64,000 bases of DNA from the NCBI GenBank assembly GCA_965203295.1, contig CBDBCZ010000015.1, positions 768,001-832,000 on the forward strand, given 5' to 3'. This document shows, in pieces, positions 41,160 to 53,240 of the stretch. Under the pieces are notes generated by a model. That model did not search any database and was not told where the DNA came from. It saw only the letters and a list, made by a program, of their open reading frames with translations. The position numbers and the translations under genes were made by a program. How positions within the stretch are numbered: the first letter of the stretch is position 1; the number at the start of each line of letters is the position of its first letter. Source of the stretch: Nitrospirales bacterium (GTDB lineage Bacteria > Nitrospirota > Nitrospiria > Nitrospirales > UBA8639).

Positions 41160-42990
41160 TTTTAATAGTTCTGACATGGTGATGTGAGTGATTTGTAAGG
41201 TCTACCCATAGAGCTATTATCTATGGTCTACCGTAGAATCTAAGAGTGTTGCTATTAGGTTAGTAGATGTACCAGTACTTTGTGTGGGAGTTTGTTTGAC
41301 TAGCAATAGTTGGAGGAGGAAATACCTAGCCTGTAGCCTTTCCACATGTGGGGATGCAAATTCAAAGTGAATGTACAGTTTTATGAATTTCAAGAACCTT
41401 TGCAAGGCCTATCAAAGAGCTAAGAGTGTTGCTTGTAGGTTACGTAGTAGATGTAATGCCACTATTTTCGGGGAAGTTTGTTAGGTGAGCAAGTTATGTA
41501 GAGGCAAAAATGTGTAGATTAAATCTTGTAGACCCTCCCTATGTAAATTATAAAAGGATGCAAATTCAAAGTGGCTGTGTTATCTGAATGAAAGGTCCTC
41601 CATAGAGTTATGTAGCTAAGAGTGTTGCTTTGAGTTTAGTAGATGTAATGCCGAGGGAGTTTGTTACTAATAGTTAGAGGCAGAAGTCTCCTGTAGACCT
41701 TCCCTGTGCAAGATCACAAATTTAAAGTGGTTGTGTAGTTTTACATTCAGCAAGAAACCTTTGCTAGGTCCATCAAGGGGCTAAGGGTGTTGCTTTTAGG
41801 TTAGTAGATGTACTGTATATATACTTTGCCACTACATTTGTGTTGAACGAGCAATAGTTAGAGGCAATCATATCTACATTAAATGCTGTAGCCTCTTCCT
41901 GTCTGAGGACGCAAATTCAAATAGGTTGTGTCGACATCTTGTGATCAGTGAGAAACCTTTGCAAGGTCCACCAAAGATCTACATGTGAGATGGGTGCTTT
42001 TAGGTTAGTACGTAGATGTACATGTAATACCACTGTAATTCGGGGAATTTGTTGGACATGTCAGGATTAAATTCCGTAGCCCCTCCCTGTGTATGGACGT
42101 AATGTCAAAGTGGTTGTGCAGTTTATGAATAGTGAGAAATTATTGTGAGGTTCACTAAAGAGCTATATATATATAAGTGTTGCTGTGGAGTAGATGTAAA
42201 TGCCACCACTTTGGGGGAGTTTGTGAACTATCAGCAGTAGTTAGAGGCAGAAATGAATCTTGTAGCCCCTTCCTGTGTGAGGACACAAATTGAAAGTGAT
42301 TATGTACCATTATGAATAGCATGAAATCTTTGCAAGGTCCACTGAAGAGTTAAGAGTGTTGCTCTTAGGTTAGTAGATGTTACTTTTTGGGGAGTTTGTT
42401 TGATGAGCAATGGGTTAGAAGCAGAAATGTCTATGCTGAATTTTATGTAGTCTCTCCCTGTGGGAGGATGCAAATTCAAAGTGGTTGTATAGGTGTACGC
42501 AAGATTTACCATAGAGGCTTTGTGGTTACTAGATGTACCACCACAACATTTTGATTTCGTTGGACTAGCATTAGGTAAAAGAAAAAATATAGGTCTATAT
42601 TAAATCCTGTAGCACCTCCCTGTGTGAGGATAATTTGTAGTGTGTAGTTGAGTAGTTTTATGAACAGAAGATACCTTTGCAATGTCCATAAAAAAGCTAA
42701 AAATGTTGCATTAAAATTAATATATGTATGATGTAATTACTCTGCAAGTTTATTGGATGAACAATAGTTATACAATGTAGTGGCAGAAATGGCTATATTA
42801 AATCCTGTAATCCCTCAGGAGGCAATTTCATCCGGTTGTGTAGTTTTATTAACAGAATAAAATCCAAGAGCTAAGAGTGTTGCATTTAGTTTAGTACCGC
42901 TATCTTTTGTTGGACTAGCAATTGTTAGAGCTACGTGTAGAAGTGATTTCTGTAGCCCCTTCCTGTTTCAGGATGTAAATTGAAAGTTGT
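41160..42990. repeat. Degenerate tandem satellite, ~10 units of ~180 bp
   Basis: Anchor taagagtgttgc..aggttagtagatgta recurs at ~41241, 41421, 41617, 41782, 41990, 42175, 42351, 42520, 42698 and 42872; units also share gcaaattcaaagtgg and ctttgcaagg. Confidence 0.85.
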
Positions 42991-42994
42991 TATC

Positions 42995-43150
42995 TACAGT
43001 GGAACCCCTCTAATGTGGACACCTTGGGGACCTAGTAAAATGTCCTGTATAGAGATGTGTCCTCATTTCATTACATTACGAAAGTATATTTGGGACACAG
43101 CAAAGTGTCCTTAATGCAGAGGTGTCCTTATTTAAGGGGTGTCCTTGTAC
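42995..43150. mobile_element. Tc1/pogo-type MITE remnant
   Basis: tacagtggaacccctctaatgtggacac start with internal gtgtcct repeats. Confidence 0.45.
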
Positions 43151-43466
43151 GACACTGGAATGCACAGTGGAGTGCTGAAGTAGTGGACTGAAGTACACAT
43201 CTTGCTATATGTACGTATGGAATAGTGGACAGTCTTTTGTGAGTAAGTACAATATACCCCACATATTTGGTATTCCTTACTTACAGGTGAGAAATGTGAT
43301 GTAGTTGTACATGTATGTAGGGGCAAGAAGAGTCAGGGGGTGTCCTAAGCAGTACTTTTAGTGCTGACCAGTTTATGACTCTACGTACTTGTAGTATGCA
43401 TGAGGCTGTCGGTGTTGCAAAGAGCTACAATCATTTAATGTTGCTGAACGCTACAGGTATAGATTA

Positions 43467-44143
43467 CAGGGCCGTAGGAGTAGGTCTAGCAGGTGTGGTT
43501 GTCGCTGGGCCAAAGTTCGGCAAGCAAGCATCACACCCATTATACATATTCCTAGCATTAAGTCGCCGTATAGTAGTACAATTATGTCAGCATGGCCGAG
43601 TCGCACTTCACAGTCGTCCAGTTTCAACCGACGAAAGACCAGCTAGGTTTGATCAGCCAGGTTATGCTGTATACCACAACCTTGAGGAGCTGTTACTCAC
43701 AGAATATAAATAGTAAATTATCAACAAGCAGGTTATATGTTATGCGGTATACCACAACCTTGAGGAGCTGTTACTCACAGAATATAAATAGTAATTATCA
43801 TCAACAAGACGCTGCATGTGCTTCTCACTTTCACAAATCGTTGTAAACCTCACTAGCACTACAGTATGCACATGCAGGTACGGTACGTACTCTAATTCAC
43901 AGTAGGTGATGTATGCGCAGTCAAACTAGGTGGAGCAATGCCTGTAAAGCTGAGCTTCAAGCACAAATGATAGGTTTGGTAGCAGGTCGTGTCCAATTCT
44001 TGCTATTTTACACCAAGATTTCACTAGAAACAATCTCAGTAGGTCCAAATTTTTCGGGAGGATCATGTCCCCACACCCCCTAGAAGGATATGCCCTGCTC
44101 CACTACCCACCAGATCAAAGGGAAAATGCTGCCTATGGTCCTG
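43467..44143. mobile_element. hAT-like MITE with internal ~55-bp direct duplication
   Basis: cagggccgtagg / cctatggtcctg termini; gtataccacaaccttgaggagctgttactcacagaatataaatagtaa repeated at ~43669 and ~43747; no clean 8-bp TSD. Confidence 0.45.
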
Positions 44144-47100
44144 GATTAAACTAAGTTTGTGTGGTAGGGAGAGTGTGGGGTGAGCAATGTTGAGTCTACA
44201 GTGCATGTTACTGCAATGAGATGGTCATGTGCATGTGCATGTGTTGCATGCAGTTTTCTGCTATCATTTATTGTCAGTTGGTGTGGCATGTAGTGCTACA
44301 ATTTGCTAATAATGGTTCATGGGCTATAGTCGTGTACAGTATCCAGGTAACCAACAGAGGTTGCATAATTATGTAGCTTGCATACTATTTGAAAATCACA
44401 TGTACATGTAGCAGTGAGTGCTAGAATGAGAGGACAGTACATACCAATTCACCTGTACTGGTGTGGATATACTATTCTGCACATTCTCTGCACAGGATAC
44501 TGTATCCCATAGCTGCAAGAACGTTATCATGGAAGCTGACTCTTGGAGTGAAGAAGAAAAAGTTCCTGTATCCCTGGCAGACAGTCTCCCTGGGTGCAGT
44601 GATGGGCCTTCCCCAAAAGCCATGCGTTTAGACAAAAAGCTGTAAGAAGAAATGTCTACTACACTCTATCAAGCTGCAGATTTTCAGACACCTCATAAAG
44701 AGAATGCTAGAAGGAAAAATCTTGGTTTGAGTAAGCAACTGTGTATCTACTATAAAATTCACTGCCTTACACAAAATTGCATTGTCCTCTATACACACGT
44801 GTAGCCTTCCATGAGTATGAACCTCCCCCTCTACCTGTGGACTGGGTGGCAATAAACCACTGCAGTGGAGGAATCGTCTACTTCCACAAACCTACACGTG
44901 TCTGCACATGGTGTAGACCATATCTTGCTAGCAGTTCTGCCACCATCAAGGTACCATAGCCGTTGTACATAGCCTACACACTCAGTTGCAGTGCACACTT
45001 TTGATCCTTCCTTGTGTGAGTTTGAGATTGAAATTCCAGAACTGTTAACAAGTCATGCGATTCTCCCAGTTTGGCCATTGGAGGAGACTACTTTGCAACC
45101 TCACACCGATTTTATTTATGTTTTCCATGTTTTGTTTCTTGGTACACCTCTTCACACACTTTAGTGGAACACTGATGTGGTTGTAAAATTAAGTTGACCC
45201 CTGTATGAGAATACTATTCAGAACATGTAGTTTATTTGTGCAGAGAGCATGTATATAGAAACTACTGGTTAATTCAACTCGAATGTCAGTTATTGTGAAT
45301 GTATTTACCTTTCAGAAACACAGGGTTCCAGTTTAGGCAATTCCATGCCTAGAGAAGTGGTTATTTCAAGAAGAGCGGTGCCACTTGGCTGATCAATGGC
45401 ATCATACAGCAGGAGAAAGAATGGGCTTATTAATCAAACTTGGTATGCTCTGTGAATTCAGGTGTTTTACGTTGTACTGGTTAATAAAAGAGAAATACGT
45501 ACATCCTATATTTCGTATTTCACCCTAGGCTCAGCTCAGCAATGGGCTAATTGAACTGTAATAGGCGGTCTCAGAATGCAGCTCAGTGTAGATGCACAGA
45601 CAGACAAACACAGAAAACATAAAGCAGTCTCAAGACCAGCCATTTATGTGCTTTGTGCATGCCCAGTTTGTAAAAGTACATACAGTGTGGTTTTACCAGC
45701 AAACTTGTTCGGATAGTGTGAGCATATACTGACTCAGAGTGTAAGGAACAACATTAGCAAGCACTTTATTATAGATATATATGTATGTACATGTACTACT
45801 CTATTATACAAGTGCCTGTAATTTACAATGCCATAATGTGTAATCTCTTTTAGAGCCACATAATTTAAGGGAATACTTATCACAAAGATGGGAGATTGAG
45901 GAAGGCGGTGAAGTGTCTGTGCTAGTGGATGAATGGTATGTAGTCGTCATACAGTTGCAGTTACATGTAGTGGAGGAAACATGGGAGCAGTAGTAGTGTC
46001 CCTAGGTAAACTATGCAGTAGACATAATATCCTGGACCTGATCTCTGACTCTTCATACACCTATTTACAGTTTTGTTTTGACCATAATTCCTCACAGAAG
46101 TTTTGGATTGTACTGATAGATTTTATCTCCCTGTATCTCCTGCTTTATGCCTAGCATTGCTTTGTACGTGTACGCCACCTTTTCCAATGCAAACTTCCAC
46201 TTGGCAGTGTATCAAGTGCTCGGTATCGATAAAAAAGCATAAAAGACTAAAGTACTATCCACACTCAAAACTGTGCTGTCCATCTCGTGTGATTGCTTTC
46301 AGCATAGCTACAGGGAGGGTAGTAATCCTATTGTAGCAGAGATTATGAGAGAGTATGTAGGTATGAGCCATAGATCCCTAAGGTACATATAAAAAGCTAT
46401 TGATGCAGCGCAGCATGACCTTAGATAAACCACTTCACATAATTAGGCATTTTGCTCTAAAGGAAGATATACGATGAAGACGTAAAGACCAGCTGGCCTG
46501 CACTTCACATGTACCTTGCTGGGAATTACGTATCACTGTTCTAGAGCATGCAGTTAGTAGTAGTATGTAGCTTATAAATCACACCTATGTATACAGTACA
46601 AGTAGTACTGACTACTCTGTGCACTTAGAATGGTTACTTCCTCACTCTTTTAGGCAAAAGAAAAAAATACCCAAGCCACAACAAAAGAAGGAACAGCATA
46701 AAAGTTTAGTGGTATGTAACAATTTGACTTAACTGGTATCTTTCCAGGTTGCCAATGCCAAATTTCTCTGTTAACTTACAAATATTACTGATCAGTTGTA
46801 CCTCCCTCTATGAGTGTAATCAGGTATTTTCTCTCTTTAGCCTGATGACTTGTCAAAAGTTCTACACATTCCAATCCCCAAAGAGTATCGTCAGCACCAT
46901 GAATCTGAAGCCAAGAAGCCTCCTGCAGGTGTTCCAAGTCTTTTCATGTCATACATGCTTTTGCTTCACATTTACAGTACATGTTCTATGCAGTGTGGAC
47001 AGTGAACATTTCCAAGAAGAGTGCTGTAAGCTTGCTGTTTGAGTTCTGCCAAAACTACCTAAAAACCAGTCCTGAGTTTCTCATTGAGGAAACTAGTGCG

Positions 47101-47358
47101 TTGAAATACGTGCATGTTCTTCTGCTGCGTGTATACTGCTTGCCAGAAGTATCTGGCATATGTAAGCTAATTGCTACACTTACATATGTATAAATTTAAT
47201 GTCAGTCACCTCAAGAGCCTTCTTCTGCTGTTAGTACTAGTACATGCTCAACTGAGGGAAACCACTTTGATCTGTCCTGGTTATCTCGCCATGACAAAGG
47301 TCTATGTTCAATAACATATCTCAGTTGTCACTACGTGTATGTACATACTCCATGTATA

Positions 47359-47510
47359 GGATAGATACCTGGCTAGAGGGCTACTTAAACACCAGTGGGA
47401 ACCGAGGAAGTGTTAATTGGGTCGAGGGCGCTGCCCTAGACACAATTAGCACTTCCAAGGTTCCCAAGGGTGTTTAAGTAGGTTAGAGCACTCAGCCAGG
47501 TGTCTATCCC
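47359..47510. other. ~150-nt long hairpin in a DGCR8 intron
   Basis: ggatagatacctggct..ctacttaaacacc..gggaacc..ggaagtgtta..gagggc / gccct..tagcacttcc..ggttccc..ggtgtttaagtag..agccaggtgtctatcc. Confidence 0.8.
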
Positions 47511-48330
47511 ACTTAGACTATATAAACAATCAGGAAGTGTGAGGCAATTAAAGCTCAGAGGGCTTTAACCTACTTAAACGCCCTGGACTAACCAGCATCC
47601 TTCAAACGTTTTACCTCATTAATTATTCATATATGGTCTAAATAATACTTCATGCAGTACAATGCATTTGCATGTACAGAAAAAGGACTTTAAATTTCTT
47701 CCCTTCTGTGCGTAAAGTGAAGCACATGTAGCTATTGGCACTGCACTAGTTATAGCTACAATACCAAAAATTGGGTCCATACAAATTTTGAGGTTTACAG
47801 CTTACCTATTAATTTAGACAGTTTCTTTTTTACTAGGAGCTTTGTAAAGAAGCCAGCGATAGTTTGTAAAACATGTAAATGCCAATTCGTTACGTCTATT
47901 GTCCTTGCAAGCCTCATATTCAAGCTATAGTCTCTCCCTCCATAATAGTAACTGATATTCAGCTTGTTTCTGTATTGAATTGTCAATGAGTGTAATTGCT
48001 ACCGTTCAGCGTATGAGCTAGCTAGTGATTACTATTATTACAGACAACAGGACAAGTCCATACTTATGTACAATTGCAATTGGAAACATGAAGTATGGCC
48101 ACAAAATGTCTACAACCAAGAAAAAAGCCAAGCAAAGTGCAGGTATGCAGTCATGTATATGAGAAGACAGTACTGTACACTTATTATTATCTCCTTTATA
48201 TCTGCAGCTGAAGAGACACTGGATTTGTTTCTACCAGGAGCGTTTGAAAAAGAGCAGCAATCAACTTTAGAGGAAGAGTTTTAGGCATGTACATGTACTT
48301 TCAGTGTTACAGCACAGACCATAATTTTAA

Positions 48331-48958
48331 CCCTTTATACCCCGTATTGCGCATGCGCATTACGTCAGTCAATTACCACAATAATTTAATTACGGCACGA
48401 GGACGGTAGTATGTTCGGTTTATGGCTTTGTAACGAAAGACGGGGGATGACTTGGACTAAACTCTCTACAGAACTGAAGAGTAGAGCTCCCAAGCTTTCA
48501 TTTGATGTCGGATTCAAGCATGATTGACGGAAGGAAAGTGCCAAGCGGCAGCGGATTTTCGATACCGAACGATAATTAAATATCATCGCCACTTACTTTC
48601 TGGGAATGACGCCCTGAAGGACAAGCGAGACGTCCATAGACTTGCAGCGGTATTGTAGGAGACAGCTAGCCATATTTTCGAACTGCTACTGCCGTACAAT
48701 AGCCTAGAATTCTGCTCTATATTTTATCGGTTCGTGAACATTGCGGATTTTCTCGTGATCTACCTGGGTAAGTCCCTGAAAATAGTGCTAAAATGAAAGA
48801 ATCTGTCCGCTGGAGCGTCACTAACCACAGTGGGGATCTCCCTGGAGCGTCACTTTCCGGTAGAGTCTCGATCATATTCAATGACGCGTACACACGTCGA
48901 CGGTAATGTACGCGTTCAATATTTATGACGTATGTAGACGTCTACGGGGTTTAAAGGG
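48331..48958. mobile_element. Non-autonomous piggyBac-like element in DGCR8 intron
   Basis: ttaa CCCTTTATACCCCGTA ... TACGGGGTTTAAAGGG; CCC/GGG termini, left TTAA intact, right target site degenerate. Confidence 0.65.
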
Positions 48959-49761
48959 ATATATGTATGCCTCAAAGTTGAAAGATCTTGAAGTTGGTTA
49001 AAGTAAAACCTAACTGCAAAATTAAGTTCTCTTATCACACCATTAAAAAATCCTCACTATGTTACACTAGGTTTTAGGACTTATATCATGTACATATAGA
49101 CAATGGAGTTGTTACAGTAGTGATTTTTTTTGTCTCCAAACATGGTTTCAGTATGCCTGGGTAAAGTGTTTCGCATGTTTTCTTTATATATCTCCATTAG
49201 TATTTGTCATCAGTTGAAATTGATGATCCTCAAGCTGCCCAGTTGCTACAACAAGTAGGCATGCCAAGTCCATGGCGTGTGTTGAAGGAGTGCCATCAGA
49301 GGTACACATACATACATGTACGTTGAAGTGTATTTGAGTATTATTTATGTAGGTACGTACATACATCTACTAACATGGATGTGATTATAGGACAATACTA
49401 TAATGATAGTTAGAAGAAAGACCACTGATAAGCTTTGCAGTAGCTTTTTATTTTCTTACACTCATTCACAGCCCCCCTTTAAAGGGGCCTTGGAAGGACA
49501 CTATCATTTGTTTACCAGTAATGTTGGAACAGGCAAATAATGGCAGGAAATTGACAAGTGTGAATCTCCAATTATAACATTATCATCTAATATTTACCTA
49601 CCTTTGCTATCACTTTAACAGTTACAACATTGTGGTTACCATGTGAATATATACATATGCCTTGGGTAACCATTTAGTCTACATGGCTGTTTCTCTCAGG
49701 TTATGTACAAAGTACTGTGGAGTACGTCCTCTCCCATTTCAAGGATCTATGACATATGCGA

Positions 49762-50139
49762 GGGGCGGGGTCACTTTTATAGACTCTGTAGTCACAACTG
49801 CTACCGCTGTCAGTCAATGGTCAACAGTCAAAGCTGCTTAAAAGGGTGTTGTCAAAGCATGCTTAGAAATACAGTCAACGATGATAACGGTAGGTCGCAG
49901 TGCAGAATGGATGAAGTCATACACAAGAACCACAATCTACACTTGTCACTCAGAGCCTTTCGGTCGACTCGGATTGAGCAGCAGGCTTTACAGGAAGTCC
50001 CTCGTACAATCGACAGTCAAAATTGTAGAACAGTCAAAGTTCAGCTGCCAAAAGACAGGTGGTCAACGGTCAAACCGCTGAGAAGAGCTCGTCAAAACTT
50101 TAACCCGCAGTCGCAGTTGTCTATGGAAGTGACCCCCTT
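49762..50139. mobile_element. MITE with TIRs and internal gtcaa repeats (DGCR8 intron)
   Basis: ggggtcacttttatagac / gtctatggaagtgacccc. Confidence 0.6.
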
Positions 50140-51214
50140 GATATCTGCATTGTCATGCAATGAAAAGTCTTTAGATACAATTACTAAACTGTTGTATGTA
50201 TGCAGCATTTCAGTGCATCTGTTAGTTCATCATCTATAATGAGCTGTACAAATTATCTGATCAACGTTGCATCAGAAACCACTTACAAACCAACAGCTAT
50301 CTATTATGTATGTACATATATATATATATATATATAGGAATCAGGATGCTCTTGCTTATTCTGGGGAGCTACAGTTCACTCTCAGCCCCAAGGATGGTAA
50401 CTGTGGTGGTAAGTACTCTTTTGAGTACTGTCTGTCACTAGGACGTCACACTGTTAAGGGACTTTGTGTGGGAAAGAAGGATGGGCAGCAAATGGCAGCA
50501 CAAGCCCTGCTTAAGGTATGTTTCTAATTTAGTTTATGGTAGCATGTATACTTTTACCCAGGCTGCCACTTCGCTCAGTAACAATGAACGTACAAAGCTA
50601 ACCTTAAGACGTTTACTCTAGTTGTGCATAACAGTATTGTCCTGTAGAGCTACCGTGCAATATTCTACTGTACTGCACAGTACGTGACGCACGAGTCAGC
50701 TTCTTTTTTAATCTAGTACTGCATGTCATATATCTAAAGTGTGGGCTGTCACAAATTGTGTAGTTGATGTTGAAGTTGTAATTTAAATCTGTTTCCTTAC
50801 AATACGGCATACTACACTCATGCAGGGAGTATTTTCACTCATCCTTTAAACTCATAAAAATATACGCTAGCACTCGTGCAATATTCTTCCATATTGCACA
50901 GAAAAGCATATAATAAGATATATGGATTGATTGTGTAGCACATTAATAACCTGCAAGGTTCTTCTTTTATAGGAACTTCACCCATTTATCTTGAACTGGG
51001 GAGCACTTCTGCGCATTTATGATGACAGGCACTCAGCAAATGTATGAATAAATTATTTGTGTAGCTGCGGTTATGCAATTGCTGTATCATTGATAAGGCT
51101 AAGTTCTAACCTCATCCCAAGCCTCCCACCCACATTTTCAGATCTGTGCATTAAAAATATGGGTAGAATATAAATCTGGTGACAGGCCTATGTGTGAGGT
51201 TAGTACAGTATTAA

Positions 51215-51620
51215 TACCATATAGCGCCAAATTTCCGAGGCACATAATTTTTGCGGTTTGGTCATACTGAACATTTTGTGGAAATAAATTTTGTGGACTA
51301 AGGATGCTTCTTTGCCCCACCCATTTATTGTTCGCCACACCTCTAGACTGGACTTCGTGTTTAGCACATACCCATCTATGGATAAACGAAGATGCTCTGT
51401 TGCCCGCTTCCCTATCTCCGCTTTCTGTTCCGGAGTGAATTTAGCATATGTACCTCTTGTTGGCGTTTGCTGTAGTTGAAGGATGCACCTCACCTTTCTG
51501 TTGGCAGACATGATTGAGGTCGACGGTACCGCTTTTGTCAGTTTGAAAGCGCTCCCCGAGGAACAGGCAGCTTTAGATCGGTAGTTTTGAAATAGTGGTA
51601 CAGAGCCATCTTGATTTCGC
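51215..51620 (-). mobile_element. pogo-like transposase N-terminal remnant with one TIR (DGCR8 intron)
   Basis: ORF RGTYAKFTPEQKAEIGKRATEH; terminus taccatatagcgccaaatttccgaggcacataa shared with 2733 and 58056. Confidence 0.55.
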
Positions 51621-53240
51621 TCTGAAGAAAGAAGAAGTGTAACGTATACAACGATTAAGAAACATTACACGATTCTCTGTGATACTTTTTTCTGTAGTTT
51701 GAGTCGCAAGATCTGAGAGATAAGTCATCCTGTAGTGGAACAGATGCTGATCACTCTATTCTGAAACAAGGATGAGATGCAGAAGCTAGCCAAGGTTAGT
51801 ACCCTGTATTTGGACAAATGATACTCATTTGCTTCCGTAGTGCCATTGATCACACACCCACAGATGCTTATAAGACCTCTTGTCAGTGGCCATTAGCAGT
51901 GTAATCTTGTACCTTGATCACTTACCTGTATCTACTATTTGTCCTGCAGGACCAGTCACTGTGTGTTGCTGATACCTGTGGACTGTTGCAGATGTGAAAT
52001 TAGCTTTGCCATTGATTACAGTGCTGTGTATATAGTTCTGCAATGTGTTTCTATATCCCATCACTTGTTTAAAAGAGTTTGCCACGTACCATCTTAGGTG
52101 CTCCAAGCTGTCATTTGCACTCATTTAAGTTCGAATTGATGTATCTGAGAAGAATGAGTTCTAGACTGGGTTGTACTTAGAACTTCAAGCAATGTCATCA
52201 TATCTGTTGTCCTATGACCTTTAGGTGTATGTTGATGGGAATGGGAGTTTGCACAATGAGTTACATAGCATCAACATACACCTCCTATTGATGAAAATAA
52301 GAGTTTTCATTACATTACATTGTGCAAACTCTCATTCCCATCCATATACCACCGACGTATTGCTAAAGCTCTGGTGCATTTGATGGTGATGTCATAGGAC
52401 AGGGTGTCCCTCCCTCCCCCCTAAAATTGTTCTCTGAATGTGTGGTGTTAGTGGCATTGTATCCTTTCTCTCAGTCCCTGCTGGCTTCAATTGAGACCTC
52501 CACTCTAAAGTAATAGATACCTAGCTAGTCACCTACATATTGGCAGTAACAATGTTTACGAACTGGATCTAAAATAAGAACTTGATAGTTATTTCTGAGC
52601 TTCTGATTGTTTAATTTCGGGTGTTCTGTAGCCCTGCTGCCACAATATCTGTGCATAATGTTTGATCCACTGATTTTGTTGCTCGGATCCATCCTGATCC
52701 GTTTATCGACTTCTAAAAGACTTTTTTGATGGCTTGATTCCATTTTGATTTCCTTTGCAAACATTTCTACAAGGGACACATAAGCGACTACTCATATTTT
52801 TACATAGTTATTTATGTCTATTGTTGTTTTCATGCCACATATGGGCGCTACTTCACACAGCCAACTACCACATGGCTATTTACATGTACCACAAGGGAAA
52901 TTCAGTCAATCTGCAAAATAAAATGCATGTGCAAATTTGGACAAGAGAGCATTGCATAGCTATCGACCTACTGATTTCCCCCAATGTGTATAGCTACATG
53001 TATATATAGTCCACATAGCAGGATGTACATGTTCATTACAGCTTGCAGTTTTAGTATATTTACACAACTCATGTAGCAGACAACAATGCAGCCCTGTTGG
53101 TATGCAAAAATATATAATATATTATAGTAATGTTCACCATATTTACTTTATTGTATGCAATACAAATAAGGCAAAATTCACAGGGTATGTCATTACCACC
53201 ACAACTGTTGTTACTAGTGTTCAGGAAACAAAGTTCATTA

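Larger units (their letters stand above)
44529..51997 (+). pseudogene. DGCR8: DGCR8/Pasha (Microprocessor subunit) homologue with multiple disabling lesions
   Basis: Exons: 44496-44730 (ATG 44529), 44805-44950 (WW: PLPVDWVAINHCSGGIVYFHKPTRVCTWCRPY), 45316-45442 (KHRVPV*AIPCL), 45854-45935, 46654-46711, 46841-46928, 46994-47095, 48044-48142 and 48208-48284 (dsRBD1), 49201-49301 and 50338-50515 (dsRBD2, LGRHTVKGLC..QMAAQALLK), 50973-51041 (LHPFILNWGALLRIY), 51698-51794, 51950-51997. In-frame stops at TAA 44643, TAG 45334 and TAG 48282; frameshift near 51767 giving TGA 51773. Confidence 0.88.

Noticed and set aside
41160..42990. CRISPR-like array
   Set aside because: Whole ~180-bp units are homologous and degenerate with no unique spacers; no cas genes; eukaryotic context
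44643..48284. TAA/TAG reassignment or programmed readthrough rescuing DGCR8
   Set aside because: Neighbouring genes end with TAA (23345 and 24308) and have no internal stops, and DGCR8 also has a frameshift
49703..50239. 178-aa ORF as a nested gene
   Set aside because: Spans a TIR-bounded MITE in a DGCR8 intron; no recognisable domain
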